Below are positions 21,540-32,526 of a DNA stretch of 64,000 nucleotides, in pieces. The position numbers and the translations under genes are program-made. Where the stretch lies: contig CAVYYI010000001.1 of assembly GCA_963772725.1 (NCBI GenBank), forward strand, positions 896,001-960,000, read 5' to 3'. Position 1 is the first letter of the stretch; the number at the start of each line of letters is the position of its first letter. The stretch comes from an uncultured Phycisphaerales bacterium (lineage in GTDB: Bacteria; Planctomycetota; Phycisphaerae; Sedimentisphaerales; Anaerobacaceae). Under the pieces are notes generated by a model that did not search any database, was not told the origin of the DNA, and saw nothing but the letters and a program-made list of their open reading frames with translations.

Positions 21540-22681
21540 AATACAATTTAAAATATTTGCATTCGGTTATTACTCTTATTGCGGCAGGGTTGGTATGTAT
21601 AAGCTGTGCCGATAAGGCAAGATTCAAAACTGAACATAAAGCTGTTAATCTTGATTTCAAAATTGGCCAGATGCTGATGGTAGGTTTTCGAGGCCTGGAT
21701 GTAAATGAGAACTCCCCTATCGCCAGAGACATACGAGAACGGCATCTCGGCGGGGTTGTTCTGTTTGATTATGATGTACCTACGAAAAGTCCTGTTCGCA
21801 ATATCGCTTCACCGGGGCAATTAAAAAAACTCACCGCAAAACTGCAATCCTTTTCAGATATTCCCTTATTGATAGCTATAGATGAAGAAGGCGGCAAAGT
21901 GTCAAGGCTGAAAGAACGATTCGGCTTTGCAGGTACGGTTTCGGCAGAATATCTCGGCAAAATTAATGACTTGCCACTAACCCGCAAGTACGCATCGCAA
22001 ATCGCAAAAAGTCTCGCAAAAGCTGGTATAAATATGAATTTTGCCCCGGTTGTTGATTTAAATATCAATCCGGAAAACCCGGTGATAGGCAGGTTGGAAC
22101 GCAGTTTCTCCGCAGACCCCAATATTGTTGTAAATAACGCCGTTGAGTTTATCAACGCCCATCACGATGAAGGGGTAATGTGCGTTTTGAAACATTTTCC
22201 CGGGCACGGCAGCGGCAGCGCAGATTCACACCTGGGACTGGTCGATGTTACGAACACATGGTCGCAGACAGAGTTGATTCCTTATGAACAGATTATCAGG
22301 ATGAATAAAGTTGACGCAATTATGACGGCACATATTTTTAACGCAAAACTTGACGCCAATTATCCCGCAACACTTTCGAGAAAGATAATTACCGCTCTGC
22401 TGCGTGATAAATTAAATTATGACGGCACCGTAATTTCAGATGATATGCAGATGAGAGCAATCGCGGCAAATTACGGCTTTGAAACAGCCATAGAAAACGC
22501 CATTAACGCGGGGGTCGATGTGATATTAATCGCCAACAATTCCAGTTATGATGAAAATATAACGGAAAAAGCTGTTGCGACAATCAAAAGCCTGATTAAA
22601 CAAGGGAAAATCAGTAAAACCCGCATAAACGAGTCATTTGCCAGACTTATCAAGCTGAAAAGTAAAACAGTGAAACAATAA
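21536..22681 (+). CDS. nagZ: GH3 beta-N-acetylhexosaminidase (NagZ-like), probable lipoprotein
   Basis: IDEEGGKVSRL, FAPVVD, RSFS, KHFPGHG..DSH, SDDMQM. Confidence 0.88.
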   Translation: MKYNLKYLHSVITLIAAGLVCISCADKARFKTEHKAVNLDFKIGQMLMVGFRGLDVNENSPIARDIRERHLGGVVLFDYDVPTKSPVRNIASPGQLKKLTAKLQSFSDIPLLIAIDEEGGKVSRLKERFGFAGTVSAEYLGKINDLPLTRKYASQIAKSLAKAGINMNFAPVVDLNINPENPVIGRLERSFSADPNIVVNNAVEFINAHHDEGVMCVLKHFPGHGSGSADSHLGLVDVTNTWSQTELIPYEQIIRMNKVDAIMTAHIFNAKLDANYPATLSRKIITALLRDKLNYDGTVISDDMQMRAIAANYGFETAIENAINAGVDVILIANNSSYDENITEKAVATIKSLIKQGKISKTRINESFARLIKLKSKTVKQ

Positions 22682-23032
22682 TCTGCCGATAATTTTTTAA
22701 ACATTTCTTCATTTAATAATAGCAGCAAACTTGTCGGTGGCAGTGCTTTTCACAGGCAGGCAGAAGAACATTCAGAAATAAAAATTAAAAAACGAATTTT
22801 TTTTACCGTTAGTTAAACAGCCAAAAAGATGATTTTATTGGACATCGCAATAATGAAAATCAATGCCAAACTATATATTGTATCCTCACAAAGAATAAAC
22901 TGTTATTTAGTGGCATAGGTTATGGGGCGTAACAGAAGCATCCAGCCGGAATGCTAAAGAAAAACCAACTGCTCTGTCGATATCGCAATAAGTTAAGAGT
23001 GATTTTTTACCGTCTTAAAAGGGTTTTTATAT

Positions 23033-23182
23033 ATGAGCAAAAGAGAACTGATAGACTACATTTGTGAGATTAACAAAAGCGCCAAGCCGGAATTCCTCGC
23101 GGTCTTTTCGGAAGATGATTTGAAAGCTTATCTCGAACACTTGATGAACCTTGACATAGAGGATATTTCAGTCTGCTGTTAG
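23033..23182 (+). CDS. Small protein, 49 aa (MSKRELIDYICEINKSAKPEFLAVFSEDDLKAYLEHLMNLDIEDISVCC)
   Basis: Clean ATG-to-TAG ORF below the track length cutoff; amphipathic helical pattern; stop overlaps the stop of the convergent gene. Confidence 0.6.
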   Translation: MSKRELIDYICEINKSAKPEFLAVFSEDDLKAYLEHLMNLDIEDISVCC

Positions 23183-24301
23183 TATTTCGTCTTTGGATAC
23201 TTTGTCGGCTTTGTTGAAGAAGATTCGGGTGCAGCGGCAGAATTATCCTTGTTGGACACAGGCGAAACACCAGAGGCAGAGGATTCGGGCACTGGTCAGC
23301 GGCTATGCGAGAAGACACTTCGGCAATATTATTTAGTTTAAATTCCACAAGTGCCGGAGCGTAATTATTCGGCACATAAAAAGCTAAGTCTATATTTTCC
23401 GTATCTTTGAGTTCTATTATCTCATCCAATGTTTTTCTCTGGAGCAAATTGGCGGATTTAAGGTATCCTATCGGATAAACGGCTTTGGCATTATTTTTTT
23501 CCTTGCATATAAGCCTTAACTGCGAAAGAGTAAAAGCGCCTGCTGTTCTTTTTACTGTAACACGTACGATATTAATGGTATGTCCACTTTTAGTCTTTAC
23601 CGGCTGCGAATCGGCTGAATCTTTAAGACCGTCCGGCACTCCCACACGCCCCCTTTTCTGGGTACTTCTATCGCAGGAGAACTATAAGTTACAGGAAGAA
23701 CTTTACCAGATGTTTTTAGCCGGTTAAGAAAAACCTGGTCGAGGAAATCGGCGTGAACGGCAGCAAAGCTGTTTTTACCGCTGAAGCTGCCGCCGCTTAC
23801 CATACTGAACCAGCCCGCGGCGAAACCATCCACACTAAGCAATACTTTGCGCGGACTTTCAGGGTCAGGATTGTTTTCACTGAACCGCTGGTAAGGATTT
23901 TTATTAGATAAAGGCGCCATCGCCATAGCGGTAATCAATAAGCCGGACAAAATAAGGCCAAGAAAAACGCCGACAAAAGCACGACCGATACGATCAGGCA
24001 GAACCCCAAGACTAATCGGCTGTTTGGCAAGCTGGGCGAATATCGACTGCAAAACAGCAAAAGACACAACAAACAACAGTATAAAACAAAGGGTTTGTCC
24101 CCACGGTATAATTTTGACATACCTGCTGTCATTTCCCCTGTTTATAAAGAAACTCGCTGCGGTTTCAAAGTAATTAAAGGCAACAATAGCTGCACAAATA
24201 ACCATAATAAAGGCGGCAAAGGACTTTACAAACGAACCTTTGAAATACTGATAAGCAGCACAACCTAAAACTATCAACAAAACAACTAAACTTGCCATCA
24301 A
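23179..24301 (-). CDS. CvpA (colicin V production)-family membrane protein with soluble C-terminal domain (frameshifted)
   Basis: Four N-terminal TM helices with KGSFVKS...AFNYFE...DRIGRAFVGVFLG pattern; continuation in other frames to the stop at 23179. Confidence 0.65.
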
Positions 24302-24335
24302 TGGATCTCCACTATTTTAACACAAATTAAACTAA

Positions 24336-26020
24336 CTACGTCGGCTCCTTCGGTGTCTGCGTTTTTTGTTTCGGCGCTTCAGCTCTTTTAGGGGCTGAAA
24401 AAATTCTGGCCATTTCATTAACTGCAGTTTCTCCGGAAATAACTTTTCTCAAAGCCTGTTCCTGCAGGTAAAGCATTTTAGCGGCTCTGAAGTGCTTGGC
24501 GACATCTTGCATGGGTACAGACTGCTTAATCGTTTCCCGCAGCTGGTCATTGATTACAATAATCTCAAAAATGCCCATTCTGCCGATAAAGCCGATTCCC
24601 TGGCAGGTCTCGCAGTCCGTAGGTTTTCCGTGTTTGTCATATTGCACTTTTCCCGGCCGGTAAAGAACTTTGGTTTTCTCACCAGATAGATTAAACTTCC
24701 TGAGAACCTCTTCATTCGGCGCATAAGCCTGCTTGCATTCAGGGCAAAGCTTCCTCAGAAGCCGCTGATTGCTTATGCCAACAACATATTCAACGGCAAG
24801 TTTTCTGTCGCCAACCAGATTTATCCATTTATCCAACGCCTGTATAACGCTGTCAGCTTCAATAGTAATATAAATAAGCTTACCCTCTTTGGCAGCGTTA
24901 CATACTATTTTCGCCGTTTCGGCGTCTTCACAGTCTGCCACACCGACAATATCAGGCCCCATCCTTGTTATACTTTGCAGCTTTTTACCATAGGTTGTCG
25001 TTCCAGTATCATCGCTGAGACTGAAAATCCTCTGGTTTATGTTAAGCAAGGTAGCGGTAGGACGTCTTTCGAGTGTGTCAATACTGTTGAGAAAGGCGTC
25101 GTGGCCACTCAGTAATGCATAAAATGTGCTTGTTACGCCTGATTTTTTTGTACCGGAGACAATAAATATGCCCTGTTTCAAATCACGGATTTCTGAAAGC
25201 TGCTTTAACTGCTCAGGTGTCAATCCGAGGTCCTGAATTTTTGTGATACTCTGCTGGCCCATCAACTTAATTTGAACCTGTTCACCAATTGTAGAACCCG
25301 CAGTAATTACCTCCCATTCAACATCACTTTTGCCGCGTCTTATCTTGAATTCGCCTTTTTGCGGCTTTCTTCGCTCCTTCATATCCAGGTCGGAAAGACT
25401 TTTGATAAAATGAACAAGAAACTGTGCCTGTTCTCTTTCGAGTGAGGGCTGCCTCATTGCTACGCCGTCAATTTCATAGACAACATCATACCCCTGCGAA
25501 GAGGGTGTGAAGGCAACAGTATTAGCACGACGCCACATCGCATCATTGAAAATATCATAAGCTGTTCTATAACCGGTATATTCAGGAGTTTTAGGGCGAG
25601 GCATAGGAATTTCATTGTTGTTGGCGGTTACAAAAAGAAAGGTTTTAAGATTTTCGAGTTTATCCTGTTTCTTTTTTGTTAAAAGGCCTTTTATATGCTC
25701 TAAAGTCAATACGCGTTCATATTCGAGAACCAAAACATTTCGGTGTTTAACATAAGCCATACCGGTAAAGCCCACAGCCATAAGAAATACTACCATTCCA
25801 ATCAGGAATACGGGAACAATCATAAAAATGATTATCGCGATAGCACTGAACCAAAGACAACAGATGTCCACATAATTTCATCTGTTTGTACCTCTTGGGC
25901 ATCCCGGTATACCCAGCTAACCAGCGGAATCCACAAAAAAAACAGGATAAGGAAAACTATAAATTTGATTATAGAAATGTATCCGCTATATTCGACTGCA
26001 CTAAGAAGCAAATCTGACAT
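24336..26020 (-). CDS. GspE/PilB-like secretion ATPase homologue with N-terminal TM helices and degenerate Walker motifs (frameshift near 25840)
   Basis: YEIDGV, LDMKERRKPQKG, GEQV, NQRLLRKLCPECK, CETCQGIGFIGRMGIFE, GET..E; the Walker A position reads GTKKSGVTST. Confidence 0.85.
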
Positions 26021-26051
26021 CAAAATACTCCGTTATGAAACATATAAAATA

Positions 26052-27184
26052 TTACAAAATACCACTTGCAGTTGTCCTGATACCCTTTAGTGCCATTTTC
26101 AATTCTTCCACGTTAGGCGCATATTCCAGAGCGACTTTCAGCTCAATCCACTCTTCCATAACAAGTTTTCGAAGACTTTCGGTAAAGTCCTGCATTCCCT
26201 CGTTCTGGCAGGCACGAATTGCACTGGGTATATCAGACTCACGCTCTTCAGCAATGAGTTTTTTAACGATAGGATTAGCAATAAGTATCTCAATTGCAGG
26301 TACTCTTCTTGCATCCGGCTTTATCCCCGGCAGCAATTGCTGGCTTATAACAGCCCTGATAGTCAGAGCAAATGTCTGCCTGGCGAGGTCTCTTTCTTCC
26401 TGCGGAAAAAGGTCGAGAATTCGCTGTATGGTCTGCGACGCGCTGGCGGCGTGAAGTGTCCCAAAAACAAGGTGTCCTGTTTCAGTGCCCTCATCGCAGC
26501 GGTCAGGGTTTCATTATCCCTCATTTCACCTACTACTACTACATCAGGGTCTTCACGCATCAAAGACCGCAGGGCATCGTTATAGTTCGGCACATCAATT
26601 CCAACTTCTCTTTGCGAAACAATACATTTTTGGTCCCGGTAAAAATACTCGATGGGGTCTTCAATTGTAACAATATGGTAAGACTTGTTTCTATTAATAT
26701 GGTCTATCATTGATGCAATAGTAGTAGTTTTGCCGCAGCCTGTAGGTCCCGTTACAAGAACCAACCCATCGGGCTGGTCGGCAATTTTTTCTATGACGGA
26801 CGGCAGATGCCAGCGTCTCAAAGAGAGGTATTACACTGGTTATATGCCTTGCCGCAAGACTAATCATTCCACGCTGACGAAACACATTAATTCTGAAACG
26901 GTCTGAATCGGCAACCTGCCAGGCAAAATCCAAGGCGCATTTTCCAAAAAAAAGCTTTTCTGTGCGGGAGTCATAATCTCAAAAACAAACTTTTCCATTA
27001 ATTCTTCAGTCATCACCTCACTGTTTGTATTTTTCAAAATGCTGTGAATACGCATTTTGGGGGGCTGACCGACTTTCAAGTGAAGGTCGCTGGCCTCCAT
27101 TTTTATAGCGGCCCTAAAAAACTTGTTTATCGCCGGCTCATAAGTCATAGCCATATGGCTGTCAATCGGCTGACCTTTAATCAT
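26052..27184 (-). CDS. pilT: PilT/PilU-family retraction ATPase (several frameshifts)
   Basis: ASDLHLKVG, RFRINVFRQRG, GPTGCGKTTT, TIEDPIEY, QREVG, LMREDPDVVVVGEMRD, EGMQDF. Confidence 0.9.
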
Positions 27185-27351
27185 TTATACGCTCCACCTT
27201 TTTAAAATTAATCCGTTTCAAACGTCGGCAATCAGGTGCAATTGCATACAAACAGGTAATCTCTGCTGTAAGACCTTAATTAGCAAACTATTAGATATTA
27301 TAGAGGTTAATGCCAATTTGTCAATCCTGATGGTCGGACAATGTATCTTTC

Positions 27352-27846
27352 TCAATTCAAGGATTCTTTGCTTGCACCGCAACCGACCGTACAGGTACTA
27401 TGCTTCATTTTCAGCTCATAGAGAAGATTGTTCTTCTCTATAAGTTTTGCAATAATATTAATCTGATTCAGCACTATTTCAATTAAATCGCTGTTAATCA
27501 GCGCCGATTCCGGGCCGTTTGCGGTTAAGGCGACAATAACATAACCGCACTTGGTGTGCCTGGTCGTTAACTGAGCAGCCGTAATACTGACATCATTTAC
27601 CTGGGTTAGTACCGGTTCTTCGCCATCATCAATTTTCCCGCACAATTCTTTCAAAAAAACTTCGCTAAGATTCAATTTATGGAATTTTTCAGAATCGCTC
27701 GGCCAGCAGTTTCCATGGCAGTCCCTGATTACCACAACCGGTCCGTTGTCAGGCAAAATATCAAAAACATGGCGTGCTATCTGCTCATTAAGACCCCATG
27801 CAACAGAACTATTTACCGTCGATAATGATAAATGATATTTGTCCAT
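27352..27846 (-). CDS. Hypothetical protein (possible GAF/sensor-like fold)
   Basis: ORF with RBS AAGGAG before ATG 27846; alternating beta/alpha pattern. Confidence 0.55.
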   Translation of the reverse strand: MDKYHLSLSTVNSSVAWGLNEQIARHVFDILPDNGPVVVIRDCHGNCWPSDSEKFHKLNLSEVFLKELCGKIDDGEEPVLTQVNDVSITAAQLTTRHTKCGYVIVALTANGPESALINSDLIEIVLNQINIIAKLIEKNNLLYELKMKHSTCTVGCGASKESLN

Positions 27847-27874
27847 AATCTGACTCCTTTCTTTAGACTGTTTA

Positions 27875-29529
27875 AAGCCTTTTGTAAAATTCATAAATAT
27901 TTGTTAAATAACGACTTATGTCATTATTTTTCTTGCAATCTCCTCCATTTTGGATATTATGTAAGCGTTGTCAGTAAAAGGACTTACAACCAAAATAAAG
28001 GAGATTTTTTTATGTACCACGTTCAAACGTCACTATTTTATGACCTCCAGGAGCTTGTCAGAAATTCATCGCTGCTGCGAAAGTACTTCTATCTCTTTCA
28101 GGCTCTCGATATTTCCATTCTGCCCGACAGAAACTTCGGTGTCGGCAGAACAGGTCACTCACGACATGCCATCCTGAGAGCCACTCATCGTCAAACATCT
28201 TCAGCAAATAAAATCTGTCCCTGAGCTTATCGAATATCTTCAAGCCAATCCGCCTCTGCTGGAACTGTGCGGCTTTACGCTCGGGAATATGCCGGACGAA
28301 TCCCAATTCTATCGTTTCTTGGCAGATACCGATAACTCTGTTCTCAAAGAAATTCATTACCGTCTAAATCAGCGGCTTATCGAACAGGGATTAGTCAGCC
28401 TTGATACCTTGATCATTGACTCCAAACCTGTTATGGCTGCCACAAAAGAAAATAATCTCAAAAATCCCGCCCGAAACACCACCGATAAAACCAAGACGCC
28501 CACTCGAAATCCTGCTGCAACATTGAGCTATTATTCTTGTCAGGTCCTCAACGGCAAAAAGGAAAACATGCTGTTCTTCTGGGGATACAGGACACATGTC
28601 ATAATCTCAAAACAAGGAATATCGCTTGTTGAAATAACTCTGCCAAACAACACCACAGACCAGCAGGTTGCCTTCAAGCTGCTTAAAGAACTCAAACGCA
28701 GATACAGGGTCAGAAAAGGCTTTCTGTTTCTTGCGGATAAGGCCTACGATGTCAGAGACCTGTACACCTTTATAGTTGGAAAGATGAAGGGAAACCCATA
28801 TATCCCAATCAACCCAAGAAATCAGAAAGATGACAAGACTTTTGGCCCTCACGGCTGTCCCATCTGTGATGCTGGTCTTGAAATGAGGTCGACCGGAAGA
28901 TGGACCGAGGGCAATCGTGAACGCATCAAGTTTCGCTGCCCCTTAAAGGTCAGCAAAAAGACTGCTGAAAAACTTAGTAACACCTGTCCGGTAAACCTTC
29001 CATCCTTCAATACCGGCAAATGCTACGGCTGTACCAAGTACATTGATATCACTGAAGATGCACGTTCGCGTGTCCCAAGGGATTCAAGGGAATTTAAGGA
29101 AACTTTCAAGCAAAGAGAATCAGTCGAGCAATACTTTGCTCGGTTAGGAGACCGTGAAGCTGAACAGACTACGCACTATTCATTGAAAACCGTGCGTAAT
29201 CAGATGACAATCGCTCATCTGACGGCAAGTCTTATCGGCGTTGCCGCTGCTATATTGCTTAAACAGCCCGGGAAAATGCGTTGCCATAAAACATTCGCAC
29301 AAATACCAAACCGACGCAAGGCCGGCTGATGTCTCAGTTGACGTTGAACGATTAACTTTTCAAAGAGCTAAGACAGAACTCTCGGGGATACTCTGTCTCT
29401 AAACAGGCCTTCTGGCCTTAAAAAAACCAAAATTCACACTCATGCTGCAATAATCCATCAGTTCCACTGCCATTGCGTTGTTTATCCGTTCCGACCTCTG
29501 CTAAAAATCATTCATTTTGCAGAAGTCTT
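27875..29529 (+). mobile_element. Insertion sequence with a DDE transposase (IS5/IS1182/IS4-like)
   Basis: Imperfect IR AAGCCTTTTGTAAAAT / AAGACTTCTGCAAAAT; flanking direct repeat TAGACTGTTTA (27864-27874 / 29530-29540); ends uncertain by 1-4 nt. Confidence 0.8.
28012..29329 (+). CDS. DDE transposase (frameshift near 28175)
   Basis: RBS AAGGAG + ATG 28012; LIIDSKP, FWGYRTH, LADKAYD, PYIPIN, Cys-rich insert, RESVEQYFARL. Confidence 0.85.
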
Positions 29530-29689
29530 TAGACTGTTTACAACACAGATTTCGGAATAATCGGAGGCTGACTTGGATTTATAATACTGTTTGGGGCTAA
29601 TTCTTTGAAAAAACCGCAAGAACCATCTCAAAACATGAGGTTATGGGACCAATATGGACAACGAGGGAATATGTAAAAACCGATAAATC

Positions 29690-30331
29690 TTACTTGAGCA
29701 TTGACTTTAATCTGCTCATAGAGAAATGTTTGCCCGGGCAATCTGTTTTATGAGGAATGCCGGGCGTTGTGCCATGCCCATAAATACGGCTTGTTGGGAT
29801 TTTATAGCGTTGTTGTAAAAAGTTGACAAGTTTTGCGAGGGACTGCATCTGTTTGGGCGTGGGGGTGGTTTGGTCAAAATTGCCAACCAGGCAAATCCCA
29901 ATTCCGTCCTTATTTGCCCAATTATCGGGGGTGCCGCCTACATGTGCACCTGTTACCTGCTGGGTCCAGCGAACTGTAACTTCAACCTGCCCGTCACCGC
30001 TATCGCTTCCGTTACCGATTACAAAGTCATAACCTACACTGTCCCAATGCCGCCCTTCTCGGTGCCATTTATCAAAAATAGCCATATTTCCAGAAGCACT
30101 GCCTGAATGATGAACGATTATGGCCGTCCATTTTTTTTCCAACGATGATGGTGGAACCCAGTCTGACGGCGCACTTGGTTTAGGGGGCTGGTATGTTGAA
30201 GGATGGCTCGATACGGGAGATACAGTTTGTCTTGCCGGAGTGTAAGATGTTATTTGCGGCTTCCCTTCGTCAGAGGCGCAACCGCTTACAATTAAAAGAC
30301 CTGCGCAAAACATCAATACTTTTTTTACCAT
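29690..30331 (-). CDS. N-acetylmuramoyl-L-alanine amidase (Amidase_2/PGRP-like) lipoprotein
   Basis: Lipobox VSGC; IIVHHS, GYDFVIGNG, GAHVG, IGICLVGNF, IYGH, TDCPG. Confidence 0.9.
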   Translation of the reverse strand: MVKKVLMFCAGLLIVSGCASDEGKPQITSYTPARQTVSPVSSHPSTYQPPKPSAPSDWVPPSSLEKKWTAIIVHHSGSASGNMAIFDKWHREGRHWDSVGYDFVIGNGSDSGDGQVEVTVRWTQQVTGAHVGGTPDNWANKDGIGICLVGNFDQTTPTPKQMQSLAKLVNFLQQRYKIPTSRIYGHGTTPGIPHKTDCPGKHFSMSRLKSMLK

Positions 30332-30393
30332 TTAAATTTACCTGCCTTTGCTATTTTAACATAAATTACTATAAATTGTTTTCTGTTATATAT

Positions 30394-30831
30394 TTAGTTT
30401 ACATCATTTTGATGCTTTTTCCTTTTGTATTTAACCATGTGAAGACAGGTGCCTTTATTGTTAAAATCGACAACATCCATATAAGAACGTATCAGAAACA
30501 GTCCCCTGCCGCCGGTTTTATAAATATTTCCACCACATCGGGGGTCCGGTATGTCCTGCGGATTAAAGCCCTGTCCCTGGTCTGTTACAGAAATCTCTGC
30601 CTTATCAGGGCTTATGGCGTACTCGATTTTAACCTCTTTTGAGGTAACCATTTTATTGCCATGCTTAATGGCATTTGTAAACGCTTCTTCCAGCGCGAGG
30701 TGAACCGCAAAAACATCCTCATCAGCAAAACCATAACTTTCAAGTTCAGATAAAAGCATTTTACACACTTCCACAATGGCGGAAGGCACGCTTTGAACGG
30801 TTAACGAATGTTTGGTTACCACTTTTGACAC
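30394..30831 (-). CDS. Anti-sigma factor / Ser-Thr kinase (RsbW/SpoIIAB-like HATPase)
   Basis: LEEAFTNAIKHG, DQGQGF, GGRGLFLI. Confidence 0.9.
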   Translation of the reverse strand: MSKVVTKHSLTVQSVPSAIVEVCKMLLSELESYGFADEDVFAVHLALEEAFTNAIKHGNKMVTSKEVKIEYAISPDKAEISVTDQGQGFNPQDIPDPRCGGNIYKTGGRGLFLIRSYMDVVDFNNKGTCLHMVKYKRKKHQNDVN

Positions 30832-30980
30832 AATGAGTTATACCACTTTTCCCGCTTTTTACAAGAACCTTGGCAAAGGCGGATTTATTATCATTATACT
30901 ATACTTAATACTATCTTAAATAAAGTTACAGCTAAAAATGATTAATCTTATACTTTTTGAGTCAAATCCTAAAAATAAAA

Positions 30981-31349
30981 TTAATCTGCCGCAGCTAAAC
31001 TCTGAACCGCGCTATCCACATCCTGACAAATATCAAAAATCTTTGTCAGACGCGTTATTTTGAAAATTTCGTATATCTTCGGATTAATACTGCAAAGCCT
31101 TAACTGGCCGTTACGTTCATAGATTTTCTTGCTGATTTTAATCAAAAGGCCTAAAACCGCCGAAGACAGGAACTTGACGTTATGGAAGTCCAAAACCAGC
31201 TTTATCTGCTCTGCCTGCTCAATAACAGAGGTTATTGACTCGTAGAGGGCCTGTATGTCCTTTTCTTCGAGGATTCTTTCGTCGGTAAAAGCTATAATAA
31301 CCGCTTTATCGGTATATTCAACGCTAATTCTTGGTTTTAACGGTTCCAT
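30981..31349 (-). CDS. STAS-domain anti-sigma factor antagonist
   Basis: LVLDFHNVKFLSSAVLGLLI...IFKITRL; partner of the adjacent RsbW-like gene. Confidence 0.9.
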   Translation of the reverse strand: MEPLKPRISVEYTDKAVIIAFTDERILEEKDIQALYESITSVIEQAEQIKLVLDFHNVKFLSSAVLGLLIKISKKIYERNGQLRLCSINPKIYEIFKITRLTKIFDICQDVDSAVQSLAAAD

Positions 31350-31610
31350 ATCTATCTCCGTAAAAAACTTCATAAATTAAGAGAAAATCCTATGATATAA
31401 CGTCTTACATGTCAAGTTTTTTGCAAAAACTAAAAAAAATTTTAATTTTTTAATATTTTCATCAAGAAATCCCTTGCTATTTGAAGCTATTTCAAAGATT
31501 ATTTGTTTTATATGGGTTTATAGTCTTTCAGAAATTTGATTAAAAAAATGGCAGATAAGTGAAGTTTGAAAGTTTTTTAGTATATTAATATTTTTTGAAG
31601 GAGAACAAAC

Positions 31611-32003
31611 ATGAAAATTAGCAGGTCAACAGCTTATGGATTGCTGGCAGTGGGGTACATTGCTCAGCATCAGGACAAGAAAATTATTCTGTCCAACAGT
31701 ATTTCCGAAGAGTATAATATACCTTTGGAATATTTACTTAAGATACTGCAGCAGCTTGTCAGAGGCAACATCCTGCGCAGTAAGAGAGGCCCCAGAGGCG
31801 GATTTTCTATGGCTAAACCGACAAAGAAAATCACAATGCTCGAGATAGTTGAGGCCGTTGACGGCCCAATGGTCAGCCAGCTGGATATGGCAGAGCAGGC
31901 GCCAAAGGAAAAATTCGGCATAAGGGCAGAAGCCGTTTATCAAAAGGCAATCGACTCGGCCAGGAGCGTGTTCGCAAAGACCAAGCTCTCTGACCTCCTG
32001 TAA
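31611..32003 (+). CDS. Rrf2-family transcriptional regulator (no Fe-S cysteines)
   Basis: YLLKILQQL...SKRGPRGGF...EIVEAVDG. Confidence 0.92.
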   Translation: MKISRSTAYGLLAVGYIAQHQDKKIILSNSISEEYNIPLEYLLKILQQLVRGNILRSKRGPRGGFSMAKPTKKITMLEIVEAVDGPMVSQLDMAEQAPKEKFGIRAEAVYQKAIDSARSVFAKTKLSDLL

Positions 32004-32085
32004 GGTTTAAAACATAAGCGTAAGTCCACAGGACAGCAAAACCACTCCGGTTTTATGTCTTGTGTGCTTACAGCTTGTCACTTCT

Positions 32086-32349
32086 ATGCAAATTCATGAA
32101 TTTCAGCAGTTAATTCTTGAAAAATACGGCAAACGTGACCGTGACAGAGGGATTCCGGCAACGTTTATGTGGTTTGTCGAAGAGGTTGGTGAGCTCGCTA
32201 CGGCCTTGTCTAATAACGATATCAGAAATCGAGAGGAAGAATTCGCGGATGTATTCGCATGGTTATGCACGCTGGCTAATATAAGCGGCGTAGATATGGA
32301 AAAGGCTATTGAAAAATACACCAAAGGAAATATTACCGGCTTCAAATGA
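32086..32349 (+). CDS. MazG-like nucleotide pyrophosphohydrolase
   Basis: EEVGELA...EEFADVFAWLCTLAN. Confidence 0.88.
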   Translation: MQIHEFQQLILEKYGKRDRDRGIPATFMWFVEEVGELATALSNNDIRNREEEFADVFAWLCTLANISGVDMEKAIEKYTKGNITGFK

Positions 32350-32526
32350 GAGGGTACAGGACGCAGGAAATAGTTGGCCCTGCGATTTATCGCGTGGTTA
32401 ATTAGCGATTAAATATTCTTAAATTGCTACTTTCCTCTTAGTACGCGTTTAAGGCAGAAAAGCAAGAGTGTCAGGATTGCTGCCCAGCTAATAATCAAAA
32501 ATATCCAACCGTCAAAACGCATAGCT

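Noticed and set aside
22911..22985. Sigma54 (TGGCAT...) or sigma28 (GTCGATAT) promoter for the small ORF
   Set aside because: The -12 GC is missing and the sigma28 spacing is too long
27847..27894. N-terminal extension of ORF 27352-27894
   Set aside because: It runs into the IS end; the RBS supports ATG 27846
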